DNA of 64,000 bases, from assembly GCA_945881775.1 (NCBI GenBank), contig CAMCVE010000004.1, positions 46,690 through 110,689 on the forward strand, written 5' to 3'. Shown here one piece after another: positions 15,817 to 25,663 of the stretch. The position numbers and the translations under genes are program-made. Position 1 is the stretch's first letter. Every line of letters starts with the position of its first letter. This stretch comes from Bacteriovorax stolpii (GTDB taxonomy: Bacteria; Bdellovibrionota; UBA2428). The notes beneath the pieces are model-generated. The model was not told the origin of the DNA and did no database searches. It saw only the letters and a list, made by a program, of their open reading frames with translations.

Positions 15817-18783
15817 ATGGCTAAAAACCTCGAATCCCGCACGTCAGAACTTGGACGCAAACTTTTTGAACTTTCCAGCGAAAGTTCGATGAACCTTTTC
15901 GACAAAGGGTTCTGGTCTGGAAAAATGATGGACTGGTCGATGCAGAACCACGACTTCAAGGTTCAGATGTTTCGATTCGTTGACGTGCTTCCGGTGCTCA
16001 ATGATTCCACCCAGGTCACCCAGCACGTCAAAGAGTACTTCCTCGATGACGAGGTTAAAATTCCTTTGCCGATGAAAGCTGCGATGAACGTGGCTTCGAC
16101 CGGGGGCCTTATCGGTAAGATGGCGGCGGGCACGATCCGCAAGAACGTCGAGTCGATGGCAGAGATGTTTATTGCCGGAGAAAATTCGGAGAAAGCTTTG
16201 CCCTCGCTCGAAAAGCTCTGGAAGCAGGGTCTTTGCTTTACGGTTGATATTTTAGGAGAAGCCGTTGTCTCGGCTGACGAAGCCGCAGATTACCAAAGGC
16301 GCTATCTCGAACTCGTGAATGGACTTGCTGAAAAGGTTCGTCCTTGGACTCATCAAGAAGCTCTTGAAAAGACAGCGCTTGGGCCGCTTCCACGCGCGAA
16401 CGTCTCTGTGAAGTGTTCGTCGCTCTATTCTCAGATGAACAGCTTCGCGCATCGCGCTTCGGTGGACGGCATCAAGGAGCGCTTGCGCCCGATTCTTCAA
16501 GCTGCCGTCGATAAGGGCGTCATGCTGAATCTGGATGCCGAGCAGGTCGACTATAAAGACATTATTCTGAGCGTTGCGGAAGAAATTTTCTCAGAGACCG
16601 CCTTTAAGTCTTACCCTTACTTTGGCGTGGTGGTGCAGGCCTACCTCAAGAGCTCGATCGCAGACCTTGAGCGCGTGATCTCGTTTGCCAAAAAACGTGG
16701 CGTGCCTCTCACTGTACGGCTTGTGAAGGGGGCGTACTGGGACCACGAGGTCATTAAGTCTATCGAGAACGATTGGGAGATTCCCGTCTTCACTCAAAAA
16801 GCCGAGAGTGACCAGAACTTCGAGCGTTGCACGGAGAAACTTCTCAACGCTTATCCCCTTGTTCTTACGGCCTTAGGATCTCACAACATCCGCAACCTCG
16901 CTTATGCGATGGCTTATGCTGAAGATAAAAAGATTCCTAAAGAGTCGCTCGAGATACAGATGCTTTTTGGCATGGCTGATCCGTTTAAGAAAGCCGTGCG
17001 CTCAATGGGTTATCGTCTGCGGGAGTATGTCCCAGTTGGTGAGATCCTTCCGGGGATGGCGTATCTCGTGCGTCGCTTGCTCGAGAACACGTCCAATGAG
17101 GGCTTCCTGCGCGCGAAGTTTGTTGGCGGAGCAGGTCAGGACGAACTGCTGAAGAATCCCACCGATCGTATTGTCGACAAGAAGCCGACAAAAGTCGGGA
17201 GCGCTTCTAAAGACGGATTTAGCAATGAGTCGCCGCGCGACTTGGGCCTGCCCGAGAATCGCAAGCGCCTTGAGAATGCTTTGGCAAAAGTCTCAAAGCT
17301 TTTCCCCATTAAAGCCTATCCTGTTGTGGGTGGTACTCGCCGGGAAAATGTCGAACTTGTGACGGAGCACTCTCCCAGTGACCGCTCTCAAGCGGTGGCC
17401 AGTTGGGCTCGCTCAGGTGTTGAGCTTGCAGATGAGGCCGCACGCACGGCAAAAGCGGCGTTTAAATCCTGGAATAAAAAGCCAGTCGCAGAACGCGTTG
17501 AGCTTGTGAAGAAGCTCTCAGACAAGATGCGCGAGCGTCACGAAGACCTGATGGCGATCATGATGTATGAAGTGGCCAAAACGGCTTCTGAAGCGGACGG
17601 GGACGTCTGCGAGGCGATCGATTTTTGCGAATTCTACTGTCACGAGATGCTGCGTCTGGCGGAGCCTTCTCGTCGAGCCGAACTTCCTGGAGAAAGCAAC
17701 CTCTACAGTTATCAGGGGCGTGGCCCGGCACTTGTGATTGCCCCTTGGAACTTTCCGCTCGCTATTTTGTGTGGCATGACGGTGGCGCCGCTGCTTGCGG
17801 GCAATCCCGTGATCATGAAGCCCGCCGAACAAGCATCGGGTATCGCCAAAGTTCTCTACGACATGATGCTCGAAGTGGGCTTCCCACGCGACGTCGTGCA
17901 GTTCCTTCCAGGACGCGGCGAAGATGTGGGCGCTCATCTGGTCAGTCACGCCGACATTCACATCATCAACTTCACGGGCTCGCGCACTGTGGGGCTTAAG
18001 ATTCTTGAAGAGGCCAGCCGTGTGCGTCCGGGTCAGAGACACATCAAGAAAGTTGTTGCCGAGATGGGGGGCAAAAATTCTATGATCGTCGACGATGATG
18101 CCGACATGGATGAAGCTGTGCTCGCTTCACTCAGGGCCGCCTTTCATTTTCAGGGGCAGAAATGTTCTGCGCTGTCGCGACTCATTGTGCTCGAGAGCAA
18201 CTACGAGCGTTTCCGTGACCGCTTGGTGCAGGCCTTGAAATCAATGACCCTTGGGTCGGTCCTGGATCCAGCGACGCGTGTCGGAGCCGTCATCGACCGC
18301 GAGGCACAAGAGCGCTTGCTAAAGACTATCGAGCGAAACAAGTCGAAGATCATTGCTCAGGTCGAAGTGTCGACGTCACTCATGGAGAAGGGGAACTACG
18401 TTCCTGCAACGCTCTTTGAGGACAACGATTTTGCTAGCGAGTTGTCGCAGCAAGAACATTTTGGTCCCCTGCTTGCGATCTACCGCGTGAAGTCGCTTGA
18501 TGAAGCTATCGAGCGTCTCAATGACACCGACTATGCGCTGACGGGCGGGATCTTCTCTCGAAGCCCCAAGAACATTCGTCAGTTCATCGAGCAAGCAGAA
18601 GTGGGCAACGCCTACATCAATCGCGGTGTGACGGGTTCGATCGTTTCTCGCCAACCTTTTGGAGGTTTCAAGCTTTCAGGAGTTGGGGCGAAGGCCGGTG
18701 GACCCGACTATTTGCTACAGTTTCTTGAGCCTCGCACATTCACCGAAAATCTCATGCGTCGGGGTTTCACCCCCGAACTCTAG
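15817..18783 (+). CDS. putA: Bifunctional proline dehydrogenase / L-glutamate gamma-semialdehyde (P5C) dehydrogenase
   Basis: 988-aa ORF. N-terminal PRODH barrel motifs: VRLVKGAYWD, YLVRRLLENTSNEGF. C-terminal ALDH motifs: VAEMGGKN, catalytic Cys in FQGQKCSA, PFGGFKLSG. There is no N-terminal DNA-binding domain. Confidence 0.9.
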   Translation: MAKNLESRTSELGRKLFELSSESSMNLFDKGFWSGKMMDWSMQNHDFKVQMFRFVDVLPVLNDSTQVTQHVKEYFLDDEVKIPLPMKAAMNVASTGGLIGKMAAGTIRKNVESMAEMFIAGENSEKALPSLEKLWKQGLCFTVDILGEAVVSADEAADYQRRYLELVNGLAEKVRPWTHQEALEKTALGPLPRANVSVKCSSLYSQMNSFAHRASVDGIKERLRPILQAAVDKGVMLNLDAEQVDYKDIILSVAEEIFSETAFKSYPYFGVVVQAYLKSSIADLERVISFAKKRGVPLTVRLVKGAYWDHEVIKSIENDWEIPVFTQKAESDQNFERCTEKLLNAYPLVLTALGSHNIRNLAYAMAYAEDKKIPKESLEIQMLFGMADPFKKAVRSMGYRLREYVPVGEILPGMAYLVRRLLENTSNEGFLRAKFVGGAGQDELLKNPTDRIVDKKPTKVGSASKDGFSNESPRDLGLPENRKRLENALAKVSKLFPIKAYPVVGGTRRENVELVTEHSPSDRSQAVASWARSGVELADEAARTAKAAFKSWNKKPVAERVELVKKLSDKMRERHEDLMAIMMYEVAKTASEADGDVCEAIDFCEFYCHEMLRLAEPSRRAELPGESNLYSYQGRGPALVIAPWNFPLAILCGMTVAPLLAGNPVIMKPAEQASGIAKVLYDMMLEVGFPRDVVQFLPGRGEDVGAHLVSHADIHIINFTGSRTVGLKILEEASRVRPGQRHIKKVVAEMGGKNSMIVDDDADMDEAVLASLRAAFHFQGQKCSALSRLIVLESNYERFRDRLVQALKSMTLGSVLDPATRVGAVIDREAQERLLKTIERNKSKIIAQVEVSTSLMEKGNYVPATLFEDNDFASELSQQEHFGPLLAIYRVKSLDEAIERLNDTDYALTGGIFSRSPKNIRQFIEQAEVGNAYINRGVTGSIVSRQPFGGFKLSGVGAKAGGPDYLLQFLEPRTFTENLMRRGFTPEL

Positions 18784-18815
18784 GGCATCTCCTAGAGTCA
18801 AGAATCTGACTTGCT

Positions 18816-18850
18816 CTCGGAAAGTGTCGAATATTTAGACACTTTCCGAG
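18816..18850 (+). terminator. Putative putA terminator stem-loop
   Basis: ctcggaaagtgtc (18816-18828) is the exact reverse complement of gacactttccgag (18838-18850), with a 9-nt loop. It begins 33 nt after the putA stop and is followed by an AT-rich tcataattt rather than a clean U-run. Confidence 0.45.
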
Positions 18851-18921
18851 TCATAATTTAAGGAATAACACTTTCCCTCTGTGTAAAGAATCCGTTAAAC
18901 TGTAGGTTGGGGGAGATATCG

Positions 18922-20802
18922 ATGCGTCGTGTTCTGTTGGGAGCCCTGTTGGGATCCTTTGCTCTGCAAGCCCAGGCGGTCACGGATGAGACTGTCTACG
19001 ATTACCTCGTAGACCGCTCGGATGCGACGCGCGAAGACATCAAACAAGACGAAGCCGATCTCATTGCCGAGATGAGCGAGGAAAAAACCTCAGTCTCCCG
19101 CGATGAACTCACAGGCCTCAAAGAAGAGATGGCCGCTAAGGAACTTGAAGTTGCCTTTGCGCAGTATCTCCAGACGAGCGTCCGCGGTAAGCTCTCCTCC
19201 AGAACGGACTGGGAAAAGCGCCTCGATGCCGAGACGCTCACGTCCTTTGAAACCAAAGTGAAAGAACTTGATCTGGCGAAGATCGAGCTCAAAAAGGGCG
19301 ACTCCAAGGTGCTGGAAGAGAAGACGTTTGCGGTCGACAAGGATTCTCCGTTTCAAGTTGTCCAAGAACTGAGAGTTATGAAGAAGGGCGACGGCGACCA
19401 TAAGATTGTCGTCGGTTACCGCATTAAGCTCGACGAGGGCGTTCCACGTAACACGTGGCCTTCTGCGATCAAACGCAAGTTTGAAAAAATGGACAATGCC
19501 GCGATCACAAAGTTCATGGAAGATGAGCTGAGCAAGGGTCTTGAAGAAGACAACTTTGAAGTGGGCAAAGCCGAAGAACTCCAAAAAGATGAGACCAAGC
19601 GCATTGCTACCTTTAAGGGACTCGCTAAGGACGTCTCAAGCCACGCGAGTGTTAAGGTTTTCGGAGCTGCTCGTACAGCGAGCATGAATACGGTCCTTGC
19701 AGCTCGAATTGAAAAACTTGGCTCTCGCAACAAAGACCTTTCAGAAATTTGGAAGATCAACGAACAGATTTCTCGCGAATCTGATGAGCGTGGCCGCAAG
19801 GAAAAGCTAGAAGACTTGCGCGCGAAACTCGATATCGCAAAAGCGCTCCGCAACAACCCCAAGCTTGCCGCCAGCAAGGATCCCTGTGAGGTGATCATTG
19901 GTGTGATCGGAAAAGATCGTTTCCAAAAGCTCTCGACTGCAAGTCAAATGGACTGCGAAAGCCACATTAAAAAAGAAGAAGTGGCCAAAGAAGAAAGCCA
20001 AAAAGAAGGCGAAGCTGACATCAAGGCTCAAGCCGAGCAGAGTCAGCAGGCGCTTCAGTATCACAACCAATTGCTAGCGCTCGCCCAGAGCTGCATGGCT
20101 CGCGCGCAGCAGATGGGCAAAACCAACGACACCAACTCGCCTCAGATCACGCTCGTGCGTTCGCTCTACAACGCGCTTCTTGCGCGCGGTGCGGGCTGCA
20201 CCTACTTCGGCGCGATGATGGGCGATGTTGTGAAAGACAGTCTCTCGGATGATGCTTTCAGTGCGACGCTTTTTGGAGCCAATCCTTTCCTGATGGATTC
20301 GGGTGTCGAAGACGGACAGTACAACGAGAAGGCCAAAGAAGTTGTGAAGCGCCAAACGCCACCGGCTTCGAGTGGCGTCGAGAAGCTCCTTAAGCAGCGC
20401 GAGTGTCTCGCAAAAATGGAGTCGCTCGCAGGCATGTCGCTGCAGTCACTTTCCATGTTTTCTTCGAACGGCGGATTGCCGCCCGAAGCTCTGCAAGACT
20501 CCAACGTTCGTCAGATGATGAAATTCCAAGAAGCCTCAAAAGCGCTCATTGGAGCCATCGACGAGGAACTCATGTTACGCAATCAGACCGGCGCCGGCGG
20601 TCTTAAGGCAATGTCTGCAAACGCCTCCCAAGGTCAGCCGCTCAGTCTGGGCGGTATGGGCGGTCGCGGAACTCCAGTACGTATTCGCGAAACGGGCAAC
20701 ACGCAAACGGAGCGGGGCTTGTCAGGGAATGGGACCAACAACCGAATGGATTCGGGTACGAGGACCAGAGGGTCTGGAACTCAGCCTCCTCCAAACTTCT
20801 GA
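18922..20802 (+). CDS. Hypothetical secreted protein, Lys/Glu-rich coiled-coil with a Gly/Arg/Thr-rich tail
   Basis: 626 aa from ATG 18922, with GGGGGAG 6 nt upstream. Signal peptide MRRVLLGALLGSFALQAQA. No domain recognised. The C-terminal tail is GGMGGRGTPVRIRETGNTQTERGLSGNGT...RTRGSGTQPPPNF. Confidence 0.6.
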   Translation: MRRVLLGALLGSFALQAQAVTDETVYDYLVDRSDATREDIKQDEADLIAEMSEEKTSVSRDELTGLKEEMAAKELEVAFAQYLQTSVRGKLSSRTDWEKRLDAETLTSFETKVKELDLAKIELKKGDSKVLEEKTFAVDKDSPFQVVQELRVMKKGDGDHKIVVGYRIKLDEGVPRNTWPSAIKRKFEKMDNAAITKFMEDELSKGLEEDNFEVGKAEELQKDETKRIATFKGLAKDVSSHASVKVFGAARTASMNTVLAARIEKLGSRNKDLSEIWKINEQISRESDERGRKEKLEDLRAKLDIAKALRNNPKLAASKDPCEVIIGVIGKDRFQKLSTASQMDCESHIKKEEVAKEESQKEGEADIKAQAEQSQQALQYHNQLLALAQSCMARAQQMGKTNDTNSPQITLVRSLYNALLARGAGCTYFGAMMGDVVKDSLSDDAFSATLFGANPFLMDSGVEDGQYNEKAKEVVKRQTPPASSGVEKLLKQRECLAKMESLAGMSLQSLSMFSSNGGLPPEALQDSNVRQMMKFQEASKALIGAIDEELMLRNQTGAGGLKAMSANASQGQPLSLGGMGGRGTPVRIRETGNTQTERGLSGNGTNNRMDSGTRTRGSGTQPPPNF

Positions 20803-20803
20803 G

Positions 20804-20819
20804 GACGACGGGGGTCGTC
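20804..20819 (+). terminator. Weak stem-loop between the two orphan genes
   Basis: gacgac-gggg-gtcgtc is followed by ttt, immediately after the stop at 20802. The 6-bp stem is short, so this may only attenuate. Confidence 0.25.
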
Positions 20820-20842
20820 TTTAAGAGGGAAGGGGAAAGTAA

Positions 20843-23563
20843 ATGTCGGGGGATCTAAAAGTCGTTTCTAAGAAACTGTGCCGAGGCCTGAGTGGGCTTG
20901 GGTTCGCGCTCGTTTCCTACGCTGCTTTGGCGAGTGACTACACCAATACGACTAAGACCTTCGTTGACCAGCTAAGCTACCGCTCAGCTCAGCAAGGGGC
21001 TCAGATCGGTAGCATTATTTCGGAAAAAGACCGCATTACGGACTCCAACGACATGCGGGTGATCGAGGCCTACTATAACCAGCTTCGAGTTTCTTACATC
21101 TCCGAGCCCTCGCGGCGTATTGTGATGAGCGCCAATCCCGTAGGTGCCCTTGAGAACTATGTGTCTAATCTCGAAGGTCTCTTCCGCAGCTCGAGTTCCA
21201 AACTCAAGCGCGCGGAAGTTAACAAAGACAACGCCCAGTTTGACGAGCTCGATTTCAAAGAATGCGTGTCGAACTCTGTGAACCTTCCGAACCTGAGTTC
21301 AAAAAAAGAGCAGGTTCGTAGTTCTCTCATGGCACTACAGCGCTCGATGGAAACACCTTACATGTTCCGCTCCATGGGCTACGTGGCAGAAACTCGTTGG
21401 GAAGGGAAGACTTCCCTGAGCGATGGCCTCGCCGCCTTTGACCAAGATCTCGGCGGCATCGTGCTACGTTGTTGTCGTGATGTGGAACTCGACTCGGGAA
21501 AATGCGAAAACTACCAGTCTCGAGTCGCAAATGTTCAAGAAGATCTCGGCAAGAGTTTCCGCAACGTGGACTATCCTCCCATCCAGTTCACGCCCAATCC
21601 GCTTGATGTTCAGCAACTCAGTGGCCAGGACCTCGCCGAGATCATCTCGCAACGCCGTTCGCTTCTGACAAATCTTCGCTCGAGACCGACTGAAGAATAT
21701 GCCGATGAACAAGATGTGTTTGAATCGATGGCGCGTTGTCGCGTGCGCGCGAAGCAGTTCCAGGACAACCGTCAGCCGATGTCGTTCCAGGCGGCCTTTG
21801 CCGCGGCCAAAGCCGTGAAGTGTTCGCTCTTGCCTGCTTATGCCTCGCAGAATCTCGAAACTCAGTGGGCCAAGCTCTCTGTGGCGGGCGTCGCTGTACC
21901 GATCGAAGGAAAGGGCTGGGATATTAACTGCTCCAAGAACGAAGCCGAGGCCTGGAACACGATCATCGATCAGAGTCGCGATCCAAGCGTTTGGGGGCTC
22001 GATCAGATGGCCAATCCTCCGTATATTCAGAGTTTGCGTTCGATCCCACCCGTCTCGACGGGACTTCCCATGAATGGAATCACTGCAGACGAGTACCTCA
22101 TGCTCACTCCTACCCCTGGTTTGGACAGCTATAGCGTGGCATCGAACGGAATGCGCACCACAGGTCGTCCCACCAATGCGGACTCGGGTCCGCGACTCGG
22201 AAACCGTTCTAGTGGTTCCCAGGGCGGAACAGTATTCAATAAGGTGTCTCGCTCGAACTCGGGTGTCGAAAAAGGACAGCAGCTCGTGAGCTCGGTGCGC
22301 AGCGCAAGCTCTTCAATTCGCAACAACGACCGATCAAGCTACTACGCCAACCGTCTCAGCATGGGCGCTAAAAGCACTCTGGGATTCTTGCAGACCGGAG
22401 TTTCTCGCTCAAAAGTTCTTGGCACTTCATCTAGCGCAGCGGAGACCGATGGCGTGCGTCGTATGGTGCTTCGCACGGCCGCGACGGGTGCTTCGCGTAC
22501 CACGAGTGAGGGTATTCTTGGTTCACTCAATGGTTCCGGAACGACGACGACAACCGGTAACAGCGGGACGGGTTCGATCACTGATATCGGCGCGAAGAAC
22601 GAAGCCGTAAAATCTCAGGTGAAAGTCATGGTGGAGAAAATGCTCTCTAACATCGAATACACTCGTACGAAAGCTGATGCATCTCGAATCGAAGCAATGC
22701 GACTTGCTTCGGAGTTCGACACTGCCTACGGCGAAATGCGCCTCAAGGCTGCCAACCAGCCTCCCAAAAAGATTCAGCAGGCCATCAGCGAATTCATGAC
22801 CCAGCAACGCGATCTTATCAATCGTGGTGCTGTTAAGCGTGCCGAGTACGATGCTTACCAGGCTGCGATCTTGGAGCAGTCCTCTGCGCTCTCGCGGCTT
22901 GTGACCTTTGGACCGATGAACGGTGAGATCAATGCCGACGCCGTTGGCGGTGGTCGAGGCACGACGCGTGGCACGTCGACAAGTAGCGGAAGCACCATGC
23001 CGGGTGGACTCGACACTTCGGGCCGTGGTTCAACTCGCGGCGCCTGGAACACTCCTAAACCCGACGCTCTGGACAAGCTTTGGTCGATGCTCAACCCGAT
23101 CGCCTCGGCATGGGCTGCGACCGCAGCAGCTGCTTCGGACTTCGAGCTCTACTATGCTAAAGAGTGGAAGCGCTTTGTGAGCCAGTTTGGCGACTATGTC
23201 GAGGCTTTGCGCAAGGCCGATGCCGACAACGCCCGCGAAGCTGCCCAGCTCATCGCTTCGCGTAAGAAGTCCATCACGCTCGAGAACTATGCGGTGATCG
23301 ACTCCGACACGATGACCACCATCGACATGTTCCTCTCGGAACTCGAGGCTGAGACGGACTACCTGCTCGAAGGACAGCGCAGTAAGCAGCTCAAGCTCAG
23401 CGGAGAGGTTTTGAACAAGGTCCAGCAAGCGCGTCATGACACGCTTAAAGCGCGCGACGCATGGGGTGAAGCTCAGGTGGCGGCTTTCCGTTTGCAGCCC
23501 AAAGCTCTCGAAGATGATCCCTTCGTTTGGTGGGGATTCCTTCCAAGCATCGTGCTGCAGTAA
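20843..23563 (+). CDS. Hypothetical secreted protein (906 aa) with Ser/Thr/Gly-rich disordered segments
   Basis: Signal-like N-terminus LSGLGFALVSYAALA-SD. Cys-containing N-terminal half, a central S/T/G/R low-complexity region, a helical C-terminal third, and a second RGT/RGS-rich tract (GGGRGTTRGTSTSSGS...GRGSTRG). No domain recognised. Confidence 0.6.
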   Translation: MSGDLKVVSKKLCRGLSGLGFALVSYAALASDYTNTTKTFVDQLSYRSAQQGAQIGSIISEKDRITDSNDMRVIEAYYNQLRVSYISEPSRRIVMSANPVGALENYVSNLEGLFRSSSSKLKRAEVNKDNAQFDELDFKECVSNSVNLPNLSSKKEQVRSSLMALQRSMETPYMFRSMGYVAETRWEGKTSLSDGLAAFDQDLGGIVLRCCRDVELDSGKCENYQSRVANVQEDLGKSFRNVDYPPIQFTPNPLDVQQLSGQDLAEIISQRRSLLTNLRSRPTEEYADEQDVFESMARCRVRAKQFQDNRQPMSFQAAFAAAKAVKCSLLPAYASQNLETQWAKLSVAGVAVPIEGKGWDINCSKNEAEAWNTIIDQSRDPSVWGLDQMANPPYIQSLRSIPPVSTGLPMNGITADEYLMLTPTPGLDSYSVASNGMRTTGRPTNADSGPRLGNRSSGSQGGTVFNKVSRSNSGVEKGQQLVSSVRSASSSIRNNDRSSYYANRLSMGAKSTLGFLQTGVSRSKVLGTSSSAAETDGVRRMVLRTAATGASRTTSEGILGSLNGSGTTTTTGNSGTGSITDIGAKNEAVKSQVKVMVEKMLSNIEYTRTKADASRIEAMRLASEFDTAYGEMRLKAANQPPKKIQQAISEFMTQQRDLINRGAVKRAEYDAYQAAILEQSSALSRLVTFGPMNGEINADAVGGGRGTTRGTSTSSGSTMPGGLDTSGRGSTRGAWNTPKPDALDKLWSMLNPIASAWAATAAAASDFELYYAKEWKRFVSQFGDYVEALRKADADNAREAAQLIASRKKSITLENYAVIDSDTMTTIDMFLSELEAETDYLLEGQRSKQLKLSGEVLNKVQQARHDTLKARDAWGEAQVAAFRLQPKALEDDPFVWWGFLPSIVLQ

Positions 23564-23627
23564 AACCTAGAGTGCCGCCGTGCCTGACTGCCTTGATAGA
23601 AGGCAGGACTCACCCTAAGATGGGCGC

Positions 23628-24884
23628 ATGTCGGTTGAGCTCAAAGATATCAAAGCGGCGCGGACCCGTATCGCCCAATACATCGTCAAGACGCCACTTC
23701 GTCGTTGGGAGTATGGGCGCCGTTTTGTGAAGCATGCCTCGCCTCTTTTTTTGAAGCTTGAAACTTTCCAAAACACGGGCTCTTTTAAAGTGCGTGGAGC
23801 GTGCAATAAAATTTTGCATCTGCGCGAAACAGCTCCGACTGAAGCTCAGCATTTTATTGCGGCCAGTGCGGGCAACCATGCCCAAGCCGTCGCTTTCGTT
23901 GCCGGACGCCTTGGAGTGAAGTCGACCATCGTGATGCCGGAAGGCACGCCGCTCGTGAAGTCTTCTGCGACGGCAGACTACGGCGCCGAAGTGATTCTCC
24001 ATGGAGCTCTCTACGATGAAGCCTATGCGCGCGCGATCGAAGTGCTAGAAAAAACACCCGGCGCCGCCTACGTGCATGCTTACGCCGACGAAGACGTGAT
24101 CGCGGGGCAGGGTACTGCAGGTCTCGAGATCCACGAACAGCTCCTTGAAGAGGGGGTCGGAGTGGATTCTCCGCTGCAAGTCATCGTTCCTATTGGAGGC
24201 GGGGGACTCATTAGCGGCGTTGGACTCGCTTTGAAGGCACTTCGCCCGGGCGTGAAGATTTTTGGAGTGGTTGCTGAAGTCGCTGACGCGATGGCGCTAA
24301 GTCTTGACGCTGGAGAAGTTGTCAAATCGCGCGCGTCTGCTTCGCGAACTCTGGCCGAAGGACTCGCTGTGAAGAGCGTTCACCCGCTCACGTTCGCAAT
24401 CATCCAGTCGATCTGCGAAAAGATTGCGATTGTCGATGACGATGAGGTTGCTCATGCGATTTTTACACTTATGGAGCGCGGAAAATTGGTGACCGAAGGC
24501 GCTGGTGCCGCTGGGATAGCGGCCCTCTTTTCGCGAAAGCTCAAACTAGATCCCGATGTCCCCACGGTCGTCGTCCTTTGTGGGGGTAATATCGACATGA
24601 ACAAGGTCTCAACAATTCTCGAGAAGGCTCTGGTGCGCAATGAGCGCTGGTTGAGTCTTGAGGTTGTGGTCGATGACAAGCCAGGTGAACTCGCACGACT
24701 CACGAGCCTCTTTGGGAGTTTGCGGGCCAATGTTCTGGACATCGTTCATGACAGGTTGAGCGAGTCTTGTCCGGTGGGATACACGAAGATTCGTTGCCGC
24801 CTCGAGACGCGTGGACCCGAACACGCGCGTGAAGTGGCGCAGAGACTCAAAACTGAGGGCTATTCTGTGAGGTTGTTGTCGTGA
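23628..24884 (+). CDS. ilvA: Threonine ammonia-lyase (threonine dehydratase) with one C-terminal ACT-like domain
   Basis: 418-aa ORF. PLP-Lys motif TGSFKVRGA, glycine loop PIGGGGLISG, and a C-terminal regulatory domain (LEVVVDDKPGELARL). Confidence 0.9.
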   Translation: MSVELKDIKAARTRIAQYIVKTPLRRWEYGRRFVKHASPLFLKLETFQNTGSFKVRGACNKILHLRETAPTEAQHFIAASAGNHAQAVAFVAGRLGVKSTIVMPEGTPLVKSSATADYGAEVILHGALYDEAYARAIEVLEKTPGAAYVHAYADEDVIAGQGTAGLEIHEQLLEEGVGVDSPLQVIVPIGGGGLISGVGLALKALRPGVKIFGVVAEVADAMALSLDAGEVVKSRASASRTLAEGLAVKSVHPLTFAIIQSICEKIAIVDDDEVAHAIFTLMERGKLVTEGAGAAGIAALFSRKLKLDPDVPTVVVLCGGNIDMNKVSTILEKALVRNERWLSLEVVVDDKPGELARLTSLFGSLRANVLDIVHDRLSESCPVGYTKIRCRLETRGPEHAREVAQRLKTEGYSVRLLS

Positions 24885-25663
24885 ACAAGCTTTTCTACTT
24901 TCTACTTTTTTGTTCTGTAGCGGGAGCCGGCGTCCTATGGTGGCTGATTAATTCCACGGGTGAGAACAAAGCCCCTGTGCCTGTTGCGACGATTGAGTCT
25001 CCTAAGGGGCTCGTGATCGAGGATCGTCCTTCGATTCCAAAGGATGCCCAAGTCACTGACGCCACAGCCCCCAAGGAAGACTCGCACTCAAAAGCGCCCA
25101 TCGAAGGCGCCAAAGCTTCGATCCTTGCGATTAGCAGTCAGCCCGAAGGAGTGACGGTGCTCATTGACGGTAAAGACGTTGGCAAAACACCACTCGAAAG
25201 AACCCTCACGTCCAAGGTTCAGAAGTTTCGTTTCGAGAAGAATGGTTTTGTACCCGTCGAACGTGAGGCACCCGCTGAAGCTCATCCCGAGGGAGCCTAC
25301 ATGAGTTGGCGTATTAGCATGGTAGCCAATCAGCTTCCTGCCGCCAAGAAGGCGCGTATTGAAGACGAGGGAAGTTTCTTCCTAAAAGGAGTGTCGGGTC
25401 CCGTATTTGTGCAGATTAAGGCTCTGTCCTCGGAGCTGGAACCGCGTCCTGCGATCGTAAAGCAAGTTCAAGATATTCGTAAGAAGCTTCGCGAAGACCG
25501 CATTTTCGGGTGTGAAGTTTCTCTGGGTGCCAAAGGGCTTTGGTCGCGGATTCTTGCGGGACCCTTTATGTCTCGCGAAGAGGCTCGTAAGTCGCTCGAG
25601 TTTCTAAAGGAAGGCCTCAAGGCCGATGATCTTTTTGTAACGGGAGAGCAATCATGTCTTTAG
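24881..25663 (+). CDS. PEGA-domain / SPOR-domain envelope protein
   Basis: GTG start overlaps the ilvA stop. N-terminal TM helix. PEGA-like segment SSQPEGVTVLIDGKDVGKTPLE. SPOR-like C-terminus VFVQIKALSS...GLWSRILAGPFMSREEARKSLEFLK. Confidence 0.7.
   Translation: MNKLFYFLLFCSVAGAGVLWWLINSTGENKAPVPVATIESPKGLVIEDRPSIPKDAQVTDATAPKEDSHSKAPIEGAKASILAISSQPEGVTVLIDGKDVGKTPLERTLTSKVQKFRFEKNGFVPVEREAPAEAHPEGAYMSWRISMVANQLPAAKKARIEDEGSFFLKGVSGPVFVQIKALSSELEPRPAIVKQVQDIRKKLREDRIFGCEVSLGAKGLWSRILAGPFMSREEARKSLEFLKEGLKADDLFVTGEQSCL

Noticed and set aside
22150-22600. Ser/Thr/Gly-rich region of the 906-aa protein, examined for DNA-level tandem repeats
   Set aside because: It is low complexity at the protein level only, and I could not find a repeating nucleotide unit.
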